A stretch of DNA of 30,485 nt from an uncultured Nitrospiraceae bacterium (GTDB taxonomy: Bacteria; Nitrospirota; Thermodesulfovibrionia; Thermodesulfovibrionales; Dissulfurispiraceae). Location: contig CAMTVO010000031.1 in assembly GCA_947085205.1 (NCBI GenBank), positions 1-30,485 on the forward strand, written 5' to 3'. Within the stretch, counting starts at the first letter, position 1. Each line of letters starts with the position of its first letter. A program made the position numbers and the translations under genes. Below are positions 1 through 8,220 of this stretch, in pieces. The notes beneath the pieces were generated by a model that worked only from the letters and a program-made list of their open reading frames with translations, searched no databases and had not been told where the DNA came from.

Positions 1-7
1 ACTCTAC

Positions 8-40
8 ACACTCTTTCCCTACACGACGCTCTTCCGATCT
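8..40 (+). other. Illumina TruSeq read-1/P5 adapter remnant (sequencing artefact)
   Basis: Exact ACACTCTTTCCCTACACGACGCTCTTCCGATCT at 8-40; bases 1-7 are probably part of the index. Confidence 0.98.
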
Positions 41-614
41 CCTGCTGCGGCGCCATGCCTGATGAGTATCTTGCAATTGCTGCGTCTTCTATCCTTGAAG
101 ATAGAGCGGCGCCGTCCCGTATAAGGTCAATACTTTTATATGTAAGGAACAGGTCATAGTAGAGTTCTTTTATTCTTGCTATGGTTGTGAGTTTTGCGGA
201 TTCGTAAAATGCCTTCAGGCTTTCAGAACCTCTAAGAGCCATCTCCCCCTTTAACGAAAGCTTACCCGGGAAGGGAAACATCTGGGATACTGAGAACATC
301 CATTGAGAATCAGGCGCCATATCATTGCCAAAGGTGTACAAATTCCTTGTCCCTTCATTCTGATAGCCGAACATGAACATTGGGTCTGGAAGGCTCTTTG
401 CCTGAGGTATCCTGAATTTCGAGGCATTGAATCTCGATTCTGATGCAAGGATTTCAGGATTGTTCTTCAGCGCCTCGTCAATCAGTTCCTGAAGTTTTAA
501 ATCTTCAGCAAAAGCCGATGCGGAAAACAATAAAAAGATAGGCAATAGGCGATAGGCAATAGGCAATAGGTTTATTTTTTTACCTTTTGCCTTTTGCCCT
601 TTGCCCTTTGTCAT
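41..614 (-). CDS. TolC/CusC/CzcC-family outer-membrane efflux protein, N-terminal part (3' truncated at contig end)
   Basis: Not in the ORF track because it has no stop. Manual translation from ATG 614 gives MTKGKGQKAKGKKINLLPIAYRLLPIFLLFSASAFAEDLKLQELIDEALKNNPEILAS...SLPDPMFMFGYQN...SQMFPFPGKLSLKGE...ARYSSGMAPQQ. The AL.NNP, LPDP and Q.FP.PGK motifs are typical of heavy-metal OEP proteins. Confidence 0.88.
538..612. repeat. Two heptamer tandem arrays (ATAGGCR x4-5, 538-570; YTTTGCC-like x5, 578-612), quasi-inverted relative to each other
   Basis: Read directly from sequence; both lie in the 5' coding region of the TolC-like gene. Confidence 0.9.
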
Positions 615-621
615 TATTCTT

Positions 622-1011
622 TTACCTTGCATCCACATTGAATTTTACTGTTGCGGTTTTTCCGCCCTTTGTTATTTTAACAGCGACATTCCATGCGCCC
701 GACATGGAGAGATTCATCTTTGTCTTATATTCATTTCCGCTTAATGCAGCGTCGGCCTTGTAATTCATCGGCGGCATACCAGGCATGGCAGGCATGGAAT
801 ATTCTACTTTCACTTTTGCGTCTGCCACATGCTTGCCGGAAGCATCTTTGATTTCAACAGTGATGTTGTTGTCGCCCACAACAGGTGGGTTTCTATCAAT
901 TTTTACTGTAACATCATACTCCCCTGTCTTTTTCTTTACCTCATAATCCTTTGCATACGCGATTCCTGCAATTAAAAGCAGTATCAAAGCGAATACGACC
1001 AACTTTTTCAT
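622..1011 (-). CDS. YtkA/FixH-like secreted Ig-fold protein with Met-rich motif (Cu/Ag efflux accessory)
   Basis: Signal peptide, P.VG.N motif, SMPAMPGMPPM, M.G.W C-terminal pattern; AGGAGG RBS; directly upstream of the TolC-like gene. Confidence 0.8.
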   Translation of the reverse strand: MKKLVVFALILLLIAGIAYAKDYEVKKKTGEYDVTVKIDRNPPVVGDNNITVEIKDASGKHVADAKVKVEYSMPAMPGMPPMNYKADAALSGNEYKTKMNLSMSGAWNVAVKITKGGKTATVKFNVDAR

Positions 1012-1022
1012 AACGCTGCCTC

Positions 1023-1433
1023 CTATCTTTTATATTCCTTTTCCACGATATCCTTTATCTTCTTTACAGGATAACCTTTTTTGTAAAGTTCGGAAGCCCG
1101 AAGGGCTTCTCCAAGACAAATATCTCACATTGCGGCGTGGTTGTCAACATAGCAGCTTAGGAGACTCTTATGTTTAAACACCGGAGACTCCTCGCACATG
1201 CAGTAGCAATAGATACTGTCCAGAACCCACGGGATCTCTTTTGCGACCTGATACGCCTTTTTTATGCGCGGATCGGCAAGCGGATCATTAAACAGACTCG
1301 GATTGAGCGTTGCTCTTGTTTCTCCCTTTCTCAGAGATTCGTCTTTTACCGGTTTCTGCGCGAACGCGTCATTTGCCGCTGCAAAGAGAATTGTTACGAC
1401 AATCAGCAATAATGTTATCCGGAGCTTTTTCAT
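1023..1433 (-). CDS. CYCxC/PCYCGC-family exported protein, probable selenoprotein (TGA 1125-1127 = Sec, 136 aa)
   Basis: Start ATG 1433 after GAGGAGGTG RBS; signal peptide; motifs IYCYCMC and H.SLLSCY.DNH. TGA falls at the first position of the family CxxC (HAAM-U-DIC), and the frame stays open 33 more codons to TAG 1023-1025, which overlaps the next RBS. Confidence 0.85.
1089..1114 (-). promoter_or_regulatory. Putative bacterial SECIS hairpin
   Basis: Minus-strand TTGGA-GAAGCCC-TTC-GGGCTTC-CGAA begins 10 nt 3' of the in-frame TGA; perfect 7-bp core stem at 1093-1109. Confidence 0.65.
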
Positions 1434-1482
1434 TAACTCACCTCCTCTCGTTTTATTTCTTTTAAAGAAATTTAACAGAAGA

Positions 1483-1500
1483 TTATGAATAAAGTATGAA
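1483..1500 (-). promoter_or_regulatory. TTATGAA-N4 direct-repeat box (putative OmpR-family operator), site A
   Basis: ttatgaa 1483-1489 and gtatgaa 1494-1500, 11-bp period, upstream of the CYCxC gene. Confidence 0.6.
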
Positions 1501-1525
1501 GTATTCGGCGACATAGTGTATTCCC

Positions 1526-2371
1526 TTAATAGGACGGTTTGGTGTCCCAAATGGAACCGCTGTTTTCTTTCGGCTCCTCCCGCACGTCCACAACGAGATC
1601 TATTTTTCTGATAATCCCGTTATGCTTGAATTCTCCGAAAACAGCGTGTTTGCCGGGCCTCATGAAAACTATGCTCACGGCTACCTCCGGGCCTCCGAGG
1701 TTTTGACGCGGCGTTGAGTAGATGAATTCCTTCTTATCCTCATCCCACGCAGCCACTTGCATATCGAAACCGTCGATCTTCTCGAGCCCTTTCAGGGGAG
1801 CGCCTTTATACATTATTTCATAAACTATTGTCACTACATGTTCAGAATATATTTTTTTGGGAATGAGTTTAACCTTTACGCTGTAATCCTCATCTCCGGC
1901 CTTTGCTTCCGGTTCAGAAGTTTTTTTATCGCCTTTGATCTTTATATCCTTACTAAGGTTTATCCATCCCCCCTGCGCCTTGAATACTACTTCAAACCTG
2001 TATCTCCCTGCCTGCGGGGCATTGAAATTGAATCTATATTTTCCGTCACCGGCTATTACGGGGCGCACATGTCTGTATATATGAAGGTCTTCATCGGCGA
2101 TGAATACGTGAAGGTCGTCTATCTTTGCCGTCCCCTTTGAGCGAATGTCCATGCTGAAAGTAGTTTCTTTCCCGGCTGCGGTATCATCGTATTGAAGATT
2201 AAGCTCATAATCTTTGGGGTTCCTTAAGACCTTCCATATATACGGTTTTTCATTATGCGTATCGGGTATTATAAGCACCTCCTTTTCGAGGTCGAGTTGG
2301 GCGTGGGACGGCGCAGCCGCCAAGAGCAAAGACAAAAACAGTAATGACAAAAGTTTTGTTTTCATATCCAC
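1526..2371 (-). CDS. Secreted two-domain heavy-metal-binding-type (YtkA-like) protein
   Basis: Signal peptide; LHVFIADEDLHIYRHVRP resembles the HLxxxxxDLxxxxHxHP motif; two repeated P..G.Y/H domains. Confidence 0.6.
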   Translation of the reverse strand: MDMKTKLLSLLFLSLLLAAAPSHAQLDLEKEVLIIPDTHNEKPYIWKVLRNPKDYELNLQYDDTAAGKETTFSMDIRSKGTAKIDDLHVFIADEDLHIYRHVRPVIAGDGKYRFNFNAPQAGRYRFEVVFKAQGGWINLSKDIKIKGDKKTSEPEAKAGDEDYSVKVKLIPKKIYSEHVVTIVYEIMYKGAPLKGLEKIDGFDMQVAAWDEDKKEFIYSTPRQNLGGPEVAVSIVFMRPGKHAVFGEFKHNGIIRKIDLVVDVREEPKENSGSIWDTKPSY

Positions 2372-2372
2372 C

Positions 2373-4427
2373 TCAATGACCGTGCCTCGGCGACATGGGC
2401 TGGCCGAGGATATATGTGTTTAGCATCATGAAGAAAACGGCAAGGGCTGCCATCGGAATAAATGCCCTCATCGCCTTATCCCCGTAATATTTTACCGCTA
2501 TTCTATATCCCGCATAGAGGGAGAAGACATTGAGCATCATAAAAATAGCCATCTGCAGCCATAATATGGATTCAGAGCCCATAAGAGGTATTATATCCCA
2601 ATCGGGTTCGCCCATGTTCAGACCCAAATGCAGCGCTGCCGCCCTCTGAATCGCCGGTATTATGCCCGGGCCTTCCTTGAACAGATGGGAGACATTATGG
2701 GCGAGATGCATCGAGAGCCCTACAGGTATGAACATATAGGCGAATCTTATAATGGTTTCCTTAAACGGCAGGGGTGATTCCGGCCCGGTAGCTTTACGCA
2801 CCGCAAACGCTGCAAAGGCAAGCAAAGACAGAGGTATAACGAGCGAGCCGACTGTCATAACTATCAGAAAGGTTAGCTTCTCTGCACCGGTATGGGACGC
2901 AATACCGAACCATTTGTAAGGGATAGCCTTCCCTATAACATCCATCCACTTATGCCACGGCTCCACCATCTCGCCTGTTACGACTATTGTAAGTCCCACG
3001 AGCACCATTGCGAGATATGCCTCGTCCATATACCTTTTTGCAGAAACCCACAAATCTTTTGCAAAACTCCTGACCCTGACAACGATATTGTCCTGCGAGC
3101 ATGATTTTATGCACTCGCTGCAGAAATTACAATAATTATTTCTGTCGAGAGTCATCGGAGTCACGAACATGGGGCATGGAAGGCCATTACCCGCTCCCTT
3201 AACGCATTCTTTAGCTTCGTGTCCCCTGCACACTTCGAGGCATTTATTCCTGAGTTCTACCGGGCTGAACATGGAATAAAGACCGATAATGCCTCCTATG
3301 GGACATACGTATCTGCAAAATGACCTGCCCTTAAATGTAACGGCCATTCCCACGGCGGCAATAAAGAACCCGATAAGCAGGTAGGAGGTGAGGGCTGGTT
3401 TATTCACTATCCCGCTGTAACTGTCCCACCATGTAAGACCGAAGAATATGAAACTCGACAGCCATATGTTCCTTACGGGCTTTGGAAAGTTTTTGTTCAG
3501 GCTGAACAATCTGCCGAGCCTGTCCTGCGCCGCGCCGAAGGGGCACATCATGCACCAGACCCTTCCGGCAAATACAAATGTGAATATTATGGCAGCCCAC
3601 CATATGGTCCACATCGACAGCGTCGCAATGTTCCTGTCGCCCTGCTGCACGTCCAAAAGACCGGCTGCAATTATAATAAAGAACAACAGGAATGCGGGTA
3701 TCTGAAACACCGGCTGGAACCACGAGGATTTGAAAAATTTCTTAATCCATGGAATATCGAGCAAGTTGAGCGACTGTCCTGTCGGCAATGCCAGCGATTT
3801 TCTCTGTGACAGTATCCATATGCCCAAAAGGCCGCTTGAAAAGATAACAATTGCCACGAACCACATCCGGTACAGCGGGATCTTCGACACCTCGCGATAC
3901 GGCATGGTTCCGCCGTAGATGAGGGGTTCGGCAAAACTTTTTCCTCCAAGGGATTTCACTGCAATTATGAATTTGTAATCGCCTTTTTTTGTTATAGGAT
4001 ACGATGTTGAATATATGCCGGCCATCTGACTTGCCTTAAATCTTGCGAAATACGAGAGGTCGTAAGAAGGCCGTTCCTCGGGGGCGCTGCCGAAGTCGAG
4101 GCCGTCTTCGCCGGGGATGCTGTTTTTTACTACTGGAGCCGCTGTGTGCCCTGCATGGGTTGCAGATGTGGAGGCATCCTGCAAGTATAGATATATCTCT
4201 GCATCCAAAATAGGGTTTCCCGACATGGAATCGGTCAGCGCCGCCGATATTTCCGGCGTCTTCCCCTTTATAAATGTAGCAGGCTCGATCTTTAACTTTA
4301 CCTCAGCCGTGTCGATACGGAATTCATAGGAAGACTGGATGTTCCCGTGGCCTTCGCCGCCTAATGCATAAGCTGCAGTAAATAAGATCGTGAAAAATAA
4401 AACAATGTATGCGACAAACTTTTTCAT
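2373..4427 (-). CDS. Membrane polyferredoxin (NapH/NosR/RdxA-like 4Fe-4S-binding protein) with N-terminal periplasmic domain
   Basis: GRVWCMMCP and GRSFCRYVCP (CxxxCP-type motifs), CLEVC, CPM, CNFCSECIKSC; many TM helices; His-containing exported N-terminus. Confidence 0.85.
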   Translation of the reverse strand: MKKFVAYIVLFFTILFTAAYALGGEGHGNIQSSYEFRIDTAEVKLKIEPATFIKGKTPEISAALTDSMSGNPILDAEIYLYLQDASTSATHAGHTAAPVVKNSIPGEDGLDFGSAPEERPSYDLSYFARFKASQMAGIYSTSYPITKKGDYKFIIAVKSLGGKSFAEPLIYGGTMPYREVSKIPLYRMWFVAIVIFSSGLLGIWILSQRKSLALPTGQSLNLLDIPWIKKFFKSSWFQPVFQIPAFLLFFIIIAAGLLDVQQGDRNIATLSMWTIWWAAIIFTFVFAGRVWCMMCPFGAAQDRLGRLFSLNKNFPKPVRNIWLSSFIFFGLTWWDSYSGIVNKPALTSYLLIGFFIAAVGMAVTFKGRSFCRYVCPIGGIIGLYSMFSPVELRNKCLEVCRGHEAKECVKGAGNGLPCPMFVTPMTLDRNNYCNFCSECIKSCSQDNIVVRVRSFAKDLWVSAKRYMDEAYLAMVLVGLTIVVTGEMVEPWHKWMDVIGKAIPYKWFGIASHTGAEKLTFLIVMTVGSLVIPLSLLAFAAFAVRKATGPESPLPFKETIIRFAYMFIPVGLSMHLAHNVSHLFKEGPGIIPAIQRAAALHLGLNMGEPDWDIIPLMGSESILWLQMAIFMMLNVFSLYAGYRIAVKYYGDKAMRAFIPMAALAVFFMMLNTYILGQPMSPRHGH

Positions 4428-4972
4428 CTCTTTTTAAACATCTCATTGATAATGAGAAGTCCTCTTCTGGCGCCTGATACGATTGCCTGCGCAGACTTCT
4501 CCCTGCCTGCCGGAGCGCTTATATCAGCGCCGACTTTAAAGAGGTCCGACGACTTTTTGTTTTCGAACTGTTTTAGAAACTGCGGCTGCAGGAGCTTTTC
4601 AGACTCTTTGTTCTCGAAGATGTATATCTTCATAATCTCTCCCTTGCCGGCCACAACAACTCCCATCTCTATCTTACCCCCTTCACCATGGGCGTCGATA
4701 AACATCATTGCAGCGGCTTTGCGCGGAGGGGCTTCAGGGCTGCTCTTAACCACCGCCAGATAGATCGAAGGCTTCAGGTCTTCCTCCGGCAATCTGCTTC
4801 CTAAAGCCCTTTCGATGGCTGTTCGCTGTTCGTCGGAGACATAGAGATTCTTCTGTTCAAAGGACTCGGCCTGCGGAAACAGCGCTTTAAGTTTCTCGCC
4901 CGGCCATACAAGGTCATGGGCAAAAGAAACCGGGACAAAAAAGAGCAAAAGAATAATTGTCAATCTTACCAT
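4424..4972 (-). CDS. FMN_bind-like (RnfG/NqrC/NosR-type) exported protein
   Basis: Likely start ATG 4972 after GGAGG; signal peptide; LFP.A..F, G..G.I...V, FL.QF..K pattern. The flavinylation motif is degenerate. Confidence 0.65.
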   Translation of the reverse strand: MVRLTIILLLFFVPVSFAHDLVWPGEKLKALFPQAESFEQKNLYVSDEQRTAIERALGSRLPEEDLKPSIYLAVVKSSPEAPPRKAAAMMFIDAHGEGGKIEMGVVVAGKGEIMKIYIFENKESEKLLQPQFLKQFENKKSSDLFKVGADISAPAGREKSAQAIVSGARRGLLIINEMFKKR

Positions 4973-4976
4973 TAAC

Positions 4977-5411
4977 TTACCTCCTGTCTCCTTCGGTCTT
5001 TTTGAGGCTCTTGATATAATTGACAAGATGCCACCTCATTTCCTTTGTCAATTCTTTTTTTAATCCTTTCATCGGCGAGGGCCCTTTTGTCCCGTCAGTT
5101 ATAACATGAAATATTTCGCCGTCGCTGTCTCCATGGATCCACAGTCCATCCGTGAGATAGGTTTTTTCATTGCCTTTGCCTGATTCTCCATGACATGAAA
5201 TGCAGTGCTTTTCAAAAAGCCCTTTCCCCTTGACTATGGAGTCTTCGGTCATTGGAATGGGGTTTTTGACCTTGGCATATTCTTTGTGCTTGTGCGGATG
5301 GGGTTTGTGGATATGTTCTGATGTCTGGGCAAATGGTTTCCGGACGACAAAGAGAAAGATTGAAAGTACAATTAAGACAACAACAAATTTTTTATGCGTT
5401 ATTTGTTTCAT
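4977..5411 (-). CDS. Monoheme cytochrome c with His-rich N-terminus (copy 1)
   Basis: Signal peptide, EHIHKPHPHKHK, NP.P, CISCHG heme motif, WIHG.SDGEIF, distal Met (PSPM). Confidence 0.9.
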   Translation of the reverse strand: MKQITHKKFVVVLIVLSIFLFVVRKPFAQTSEHIHKPHPHKHKEYAKVKNPIPMTEDSIVKGKGLFEKHCISCHGESGKGNEKTYLTDGLWIHGDSDGEIFHVITDGTKGPSPMKGLKKELTKEMRWHLVNYIKSLKKTEGDRR

Positions 5412-5414
5412 GAT

Positions 5415-5756
5415 TTAGTGTGTATGCTCTTGTTTATCTCTCACGGCATCCGCTTTTTTATCTGCCGGGACATCGTCCTGCGTTGTCCCGCTATGACAAC
5501 CTATTAAGCCGTCATAATCGCTCTTATCATCCGTTGTTTTCTGACTGTCCATCTCGTTCTGTCCGCTCTTTGTTGCGCCTTTGTTGTCTTTTTCGATATG
5601 CGTATGCTTAGTTTTGCTCTCCGCTTTATCATTATTCCTTTGACCGCCCATTATTCCGGCGCCTTTCATTATCACCCCTATCGCGGGTCCCATCGCAACG
5701 GCATTGCCGGATATTAGAAGGGAAATCAAAACCCCCAAAAACAGCATGCGTTTCAT
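5415..5756 (-). CDS. Hypothetical exported low-complexity protein with His-containing tail
   Basis: AAGGAGG RBS, signal peptide, first gene downstream of box B. Confidence 0.6.
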   Translation of the reverse strand: MKRMLFLGVLISLLISGNAVAMGPAIGVIMKGAGIMGGQRNNDKAESKTKHTHIEKDNKGATKSGQNEMDSQKTTDDKSDYDGLIGCHSGTTQDDVPADKKADAVRDKQEHTH

Positions 5757-5804
5757 TTTATGAAAAACCCTCCTTAATAAAATTGCATAAAAAATAACAT
5801 AAGA

Positions 5805-5844
5805 TTGCGAATATTTTATGAATATTTTATGGAAAAGTTATGAA
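5805..5844 (-). promoter_or_regulatory. TTATGAA-N4 direct-repeat box, site B (3-4 repeats)
   Basis: ttgcgaa 5805, ttatgaa 5816, ttatgga 5827, ttatgaa 5838; exact 11-bp period. Confidence 0.7.
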
Positions 5845-5849
5845 CTTTT

Positions 5850-7019
5850 TCAGGAGACTTTCACTATGTTTTTGCCTTCGTTTTTTGCTTTGTAGAGCAT
5901 ATCGTCGGCTTTTTTTATGACCGCTTCTCCCGAATACCCGTCATCCGGAAAGGATGCTATACCCGCGCTTATAGTTACCGGGGGGGAGGGGTTTTTATCC
6001 GGAAGCATAAATGTGTGGGACGCTATTGTATTTCGTATCTTTTCGGCAGCTTCAAAAGCGGCTGATTTCGGAGTTTCCGGGAATGCGACAAGTAATTCTT
6101 CGCCTCCGTAGCGGATTGCCCTGTCGGTTTTTCTTATATTTTTTTTCAGAAGTGACGAGAGGTCTTTCAATAATTTGTCTCCTGCCTGATGTCCGTATGT
6201 GTCGTTGTATTTTTTGAAATTGTCAATATCGATCATAGCGATGGAAAACTGTTTGTTATACCGGACAGAGCGATCTATCTCTTCTTCCATATATCTCTTG
6301 AGGTAATGCCTGTTGTGAAGGGATGTCAGGGGATCGGTTACCGTAAGGTGTTCGGTTACGGCATACAGCTTCAAAACCGTCCTGTCAAAGTAAAAAAGTA
6401 CGAGCGCCCCGCACAGCAGTGCAAAAAACAACTGGGCTATAAAATAGACGTCCATTGTCCTTTTCACCCGATGGGACTTTTCTTTTACATCCGTAATCTG
6501 TTTTTGGTGCTGGTTATGAAGCTTTACATAGTAATTATGGAAAATGTCGTCGAATATCTCTTTTGCTTTATTTAAATGAACTGTCCGTTCATCTCCCGTG
6601 GAAAGGAAGACCGCATCCAATTGTTTTTTGAGCAATGCAAAACGGCTTGTAATGTTTTCAACGCAATCTATGCAGAATTCCCTATCTTCAGTGCTTCTGT
6701 GGTCGTTCATATCTTCTGTAGAGATGGTCAGATGCCTAAGTTTTTTTAATGCGTTATCGGCCTTTAGTGAGTAATTATCGTAGCCTTCTTTAAGAGTTTT
6801 GCCCGGCTTCTCCGCATAGTTTCCAGCCAATATGAGCATTTCGTGCATCGAGGTGTGAAACAGTTCGGCGGTATGCATCTGCTCTGTAAAGTCTATTGCC
6901 TCATAGATATAGTCATGAAGTGTGGAAATGTTTTTTTTATAGATGCCCTGTGAGAGAAAGAACACTATAATCAAGACCATGAGCCCTATGCCGAGTTTTA
7001 TCTTAAATGCGCTCATCAT
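5850..7019 (-). CDS. Membrane-anchored diguanylate cyclase (GGDEF)
   Basis: TDPLT.L.NR, DID.FK.YND.YGH, RxxD I-site (RKTD), RYGGEEL; two TM helices around a His-rich periplasmic domain. Start 7019 or 7016 after AGGAGG. Confidence 0.93.
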   Translation of the reverse strand: MMSAFKIKLGIGLMVLIIVFFLSQGIYKKNISTLHDYIYEAIDFTEQMHTAELFHTSMHEMLILAGNYAEKPGKTLKEGYDNYSLKADNALKKLRHLTISTEDMNDHRSTEDREFCIDCVENITSRFALLKKQLDAVFLSTGDERTVHLNKAKEIFDDIFHNYYVKLHNQHQKQITDVKEKSHRVKRTMDVYFIAQLFFALLCGALVLFYFDRTVLKLYAVTEHLTVTDPLTSLHNRHYLKRYMEEEIDRSVRYNKQFSIAMIDIDNFKKYNDTYGHQAGDKLLKDLSSLLKKNIRKTDRAIRYGGEELLVAFPETPKSAAFEAAEKIRNTIASHTFMLPDKNPSPPVTISAGIASFPDDGYSGEAVIKKADDMLYKAKNEGKNIVKVS

Positions 7020-8163
7020 TCTCCTCTTTAAGGCTGATATTACCATTTTTTATGCACCGCATAAAGGCGTCTACAACATCTGGATGCCACTGAATTCCCC
7101 TGTTCTTTTCGATTTCCGATAACGCCTTTTCCATAGGCATGGCGGGCCTGTAAGGTCTTGCGCTCGTCATGGCATCGAAGGCGTCGGCAATTGCGATTAT
7201 CTGCGCGGGTAACGGGATGTTCGTTCCGCTTTTACCTTCCGGATACCCTTTCCCGTCAAACCTTTCATGATGGTATAATGCCCATGGTATAATCTCTTTA
7301 AGGGAATCAAAGTCTTTGAGGACATTGGCGGTGGAGATCGGATGCATTTTCATCTCGTGCCATTCCGCATCGTTTAGTTTGCCTTCCTTTCTGAGAACGG
7401 CGTCTGAAACCGCTATCTTCCCGATGTCGTGCATCAATGCCGCAGTATAGATATGGTCGAGGGTTTCTCTTTTCAGCCTCATCTCTTTCCCTGTGCATAC
7501 GGCATAGTCCGCAACCCTTACCGAATGGCCTTTTGTATAGGGGTCGCGGGCGTCAAGCGCAGAAGCGAACGCTTTTATTGCCGAGAGTTTTTCTTGTTCC
7601 CGTTCTTTCAATCTCTGCTGTCGCACTTCACGATATGAAAGAATAACGCCTGCCGCCAATAAAGATAAGGCTACAATCCTTATCAGCAGGGCTGAATCTT
7701 TTATGCCTGACCGCGCATTTTTCAGTTCGGCATCGTGCATTGCCACGTGATGCACAGCCTCCTGATGCAGTTGTTTGAGTTCCGGCAGCAGATTCTTATC
7801 CGTAATAATTCCATTGTTCATTTTAAGGCTGATATCTTCTGCTTTTTTAAGCATGCCTTCTATGTGTTTTCTATAAGCCGGCTCCCATGTGCCTGTTAGG
7901 TCTATAAGCGTTTTTGTTGCCGTTTTAAAATGATGGAGTGCGACCTGTTCCGGAAAACCGTTATTTTTTATACCCATAACAACATGGCCGACAGCAGTCT
8001 CAAAGTCTTTAACAGAGTGAGTGGTAGGGGCATAAAAATCGGTTACCCTTTTGCTGAAGCTTGTGACCCGCGACACGCGATGAATTATCAACACTGCAAG
8101 GGTTATGGAAAGTATCAGGGTTATGATAATAGAGGGATGCCTTATGTCTTTAAAACTATTCAT
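7003..8163 (-). CDS. Membrane-anchored HD-GYP c-di-GMP phosphodiesterase
   Basis: D.YT.GHS.RV, HDIGK, HHERFDGKGYP, RPYR motifs. Confidence 0.93.
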   Translation of the reverse strand: MNSFKDIRHPSIIITLILSITLAVLIIHRVSRVTSFSKRVTDFYAPTTHSVKDFETAVGHVVMGIKNNGFPEQVALHHFKTATKTLIDLTGTWEPAYRKHIEGMLKKAEDISLKMNNGIITDKNLLPELKQLHQEAVHHVAMHDAELKNARSGIKDSALLIRIVALSLLAAGVILSYREVRQQRLKEREQEKLSAIKAFASALDARDPYTKGHSVRVADYAVCTGKEMRLKRETLDHIYTAALMHDIGKIAVSDAVLRKEGKLNDAEWHEMKMHPISTANVLKDFDSLKEIIPWALYHHERFDGKGYPEGKSGTNIPLPAQIIAIADAFDAMTSARPYRPAMPMEKALSEIEKNRGIQWHPDVVDAFMRCIKNGNISLKEENDERI

Positions 8164-8178
8164 TGGGCGTAACCTTTT

Positions 8179-8220
8179 TTAGGCTGTTTTAAATCCAGTC
8201 TTAGGCTGTTTTAAATCCAG
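8179..8220. repeat. 20-bp exact direct repeat duplicating the MCP 3' end
   Basis: ttaggctgttttaaatccag at 8179-8198 and 8201-8220. Confidence 0.95.

Noticed and set aside
251..448. 65-aa minus-strand ORF
   Set aside because: Out-of-frame overlap within the TolC-like gene.
1093..1109. Plus-strand gccc-GAA-gggc hairpin as another pentaloop-family member
   Set aside because: It is antisense to the transcribed strand and better explained as the SECIS-like hairpin on the minus strand.
1434..1550. N-terminal 39 aa of the 141-aa ORF
   Set aside because: Overlaps the upstream gene end and box A; a strong RBS and signal peptide support ATG 1433.
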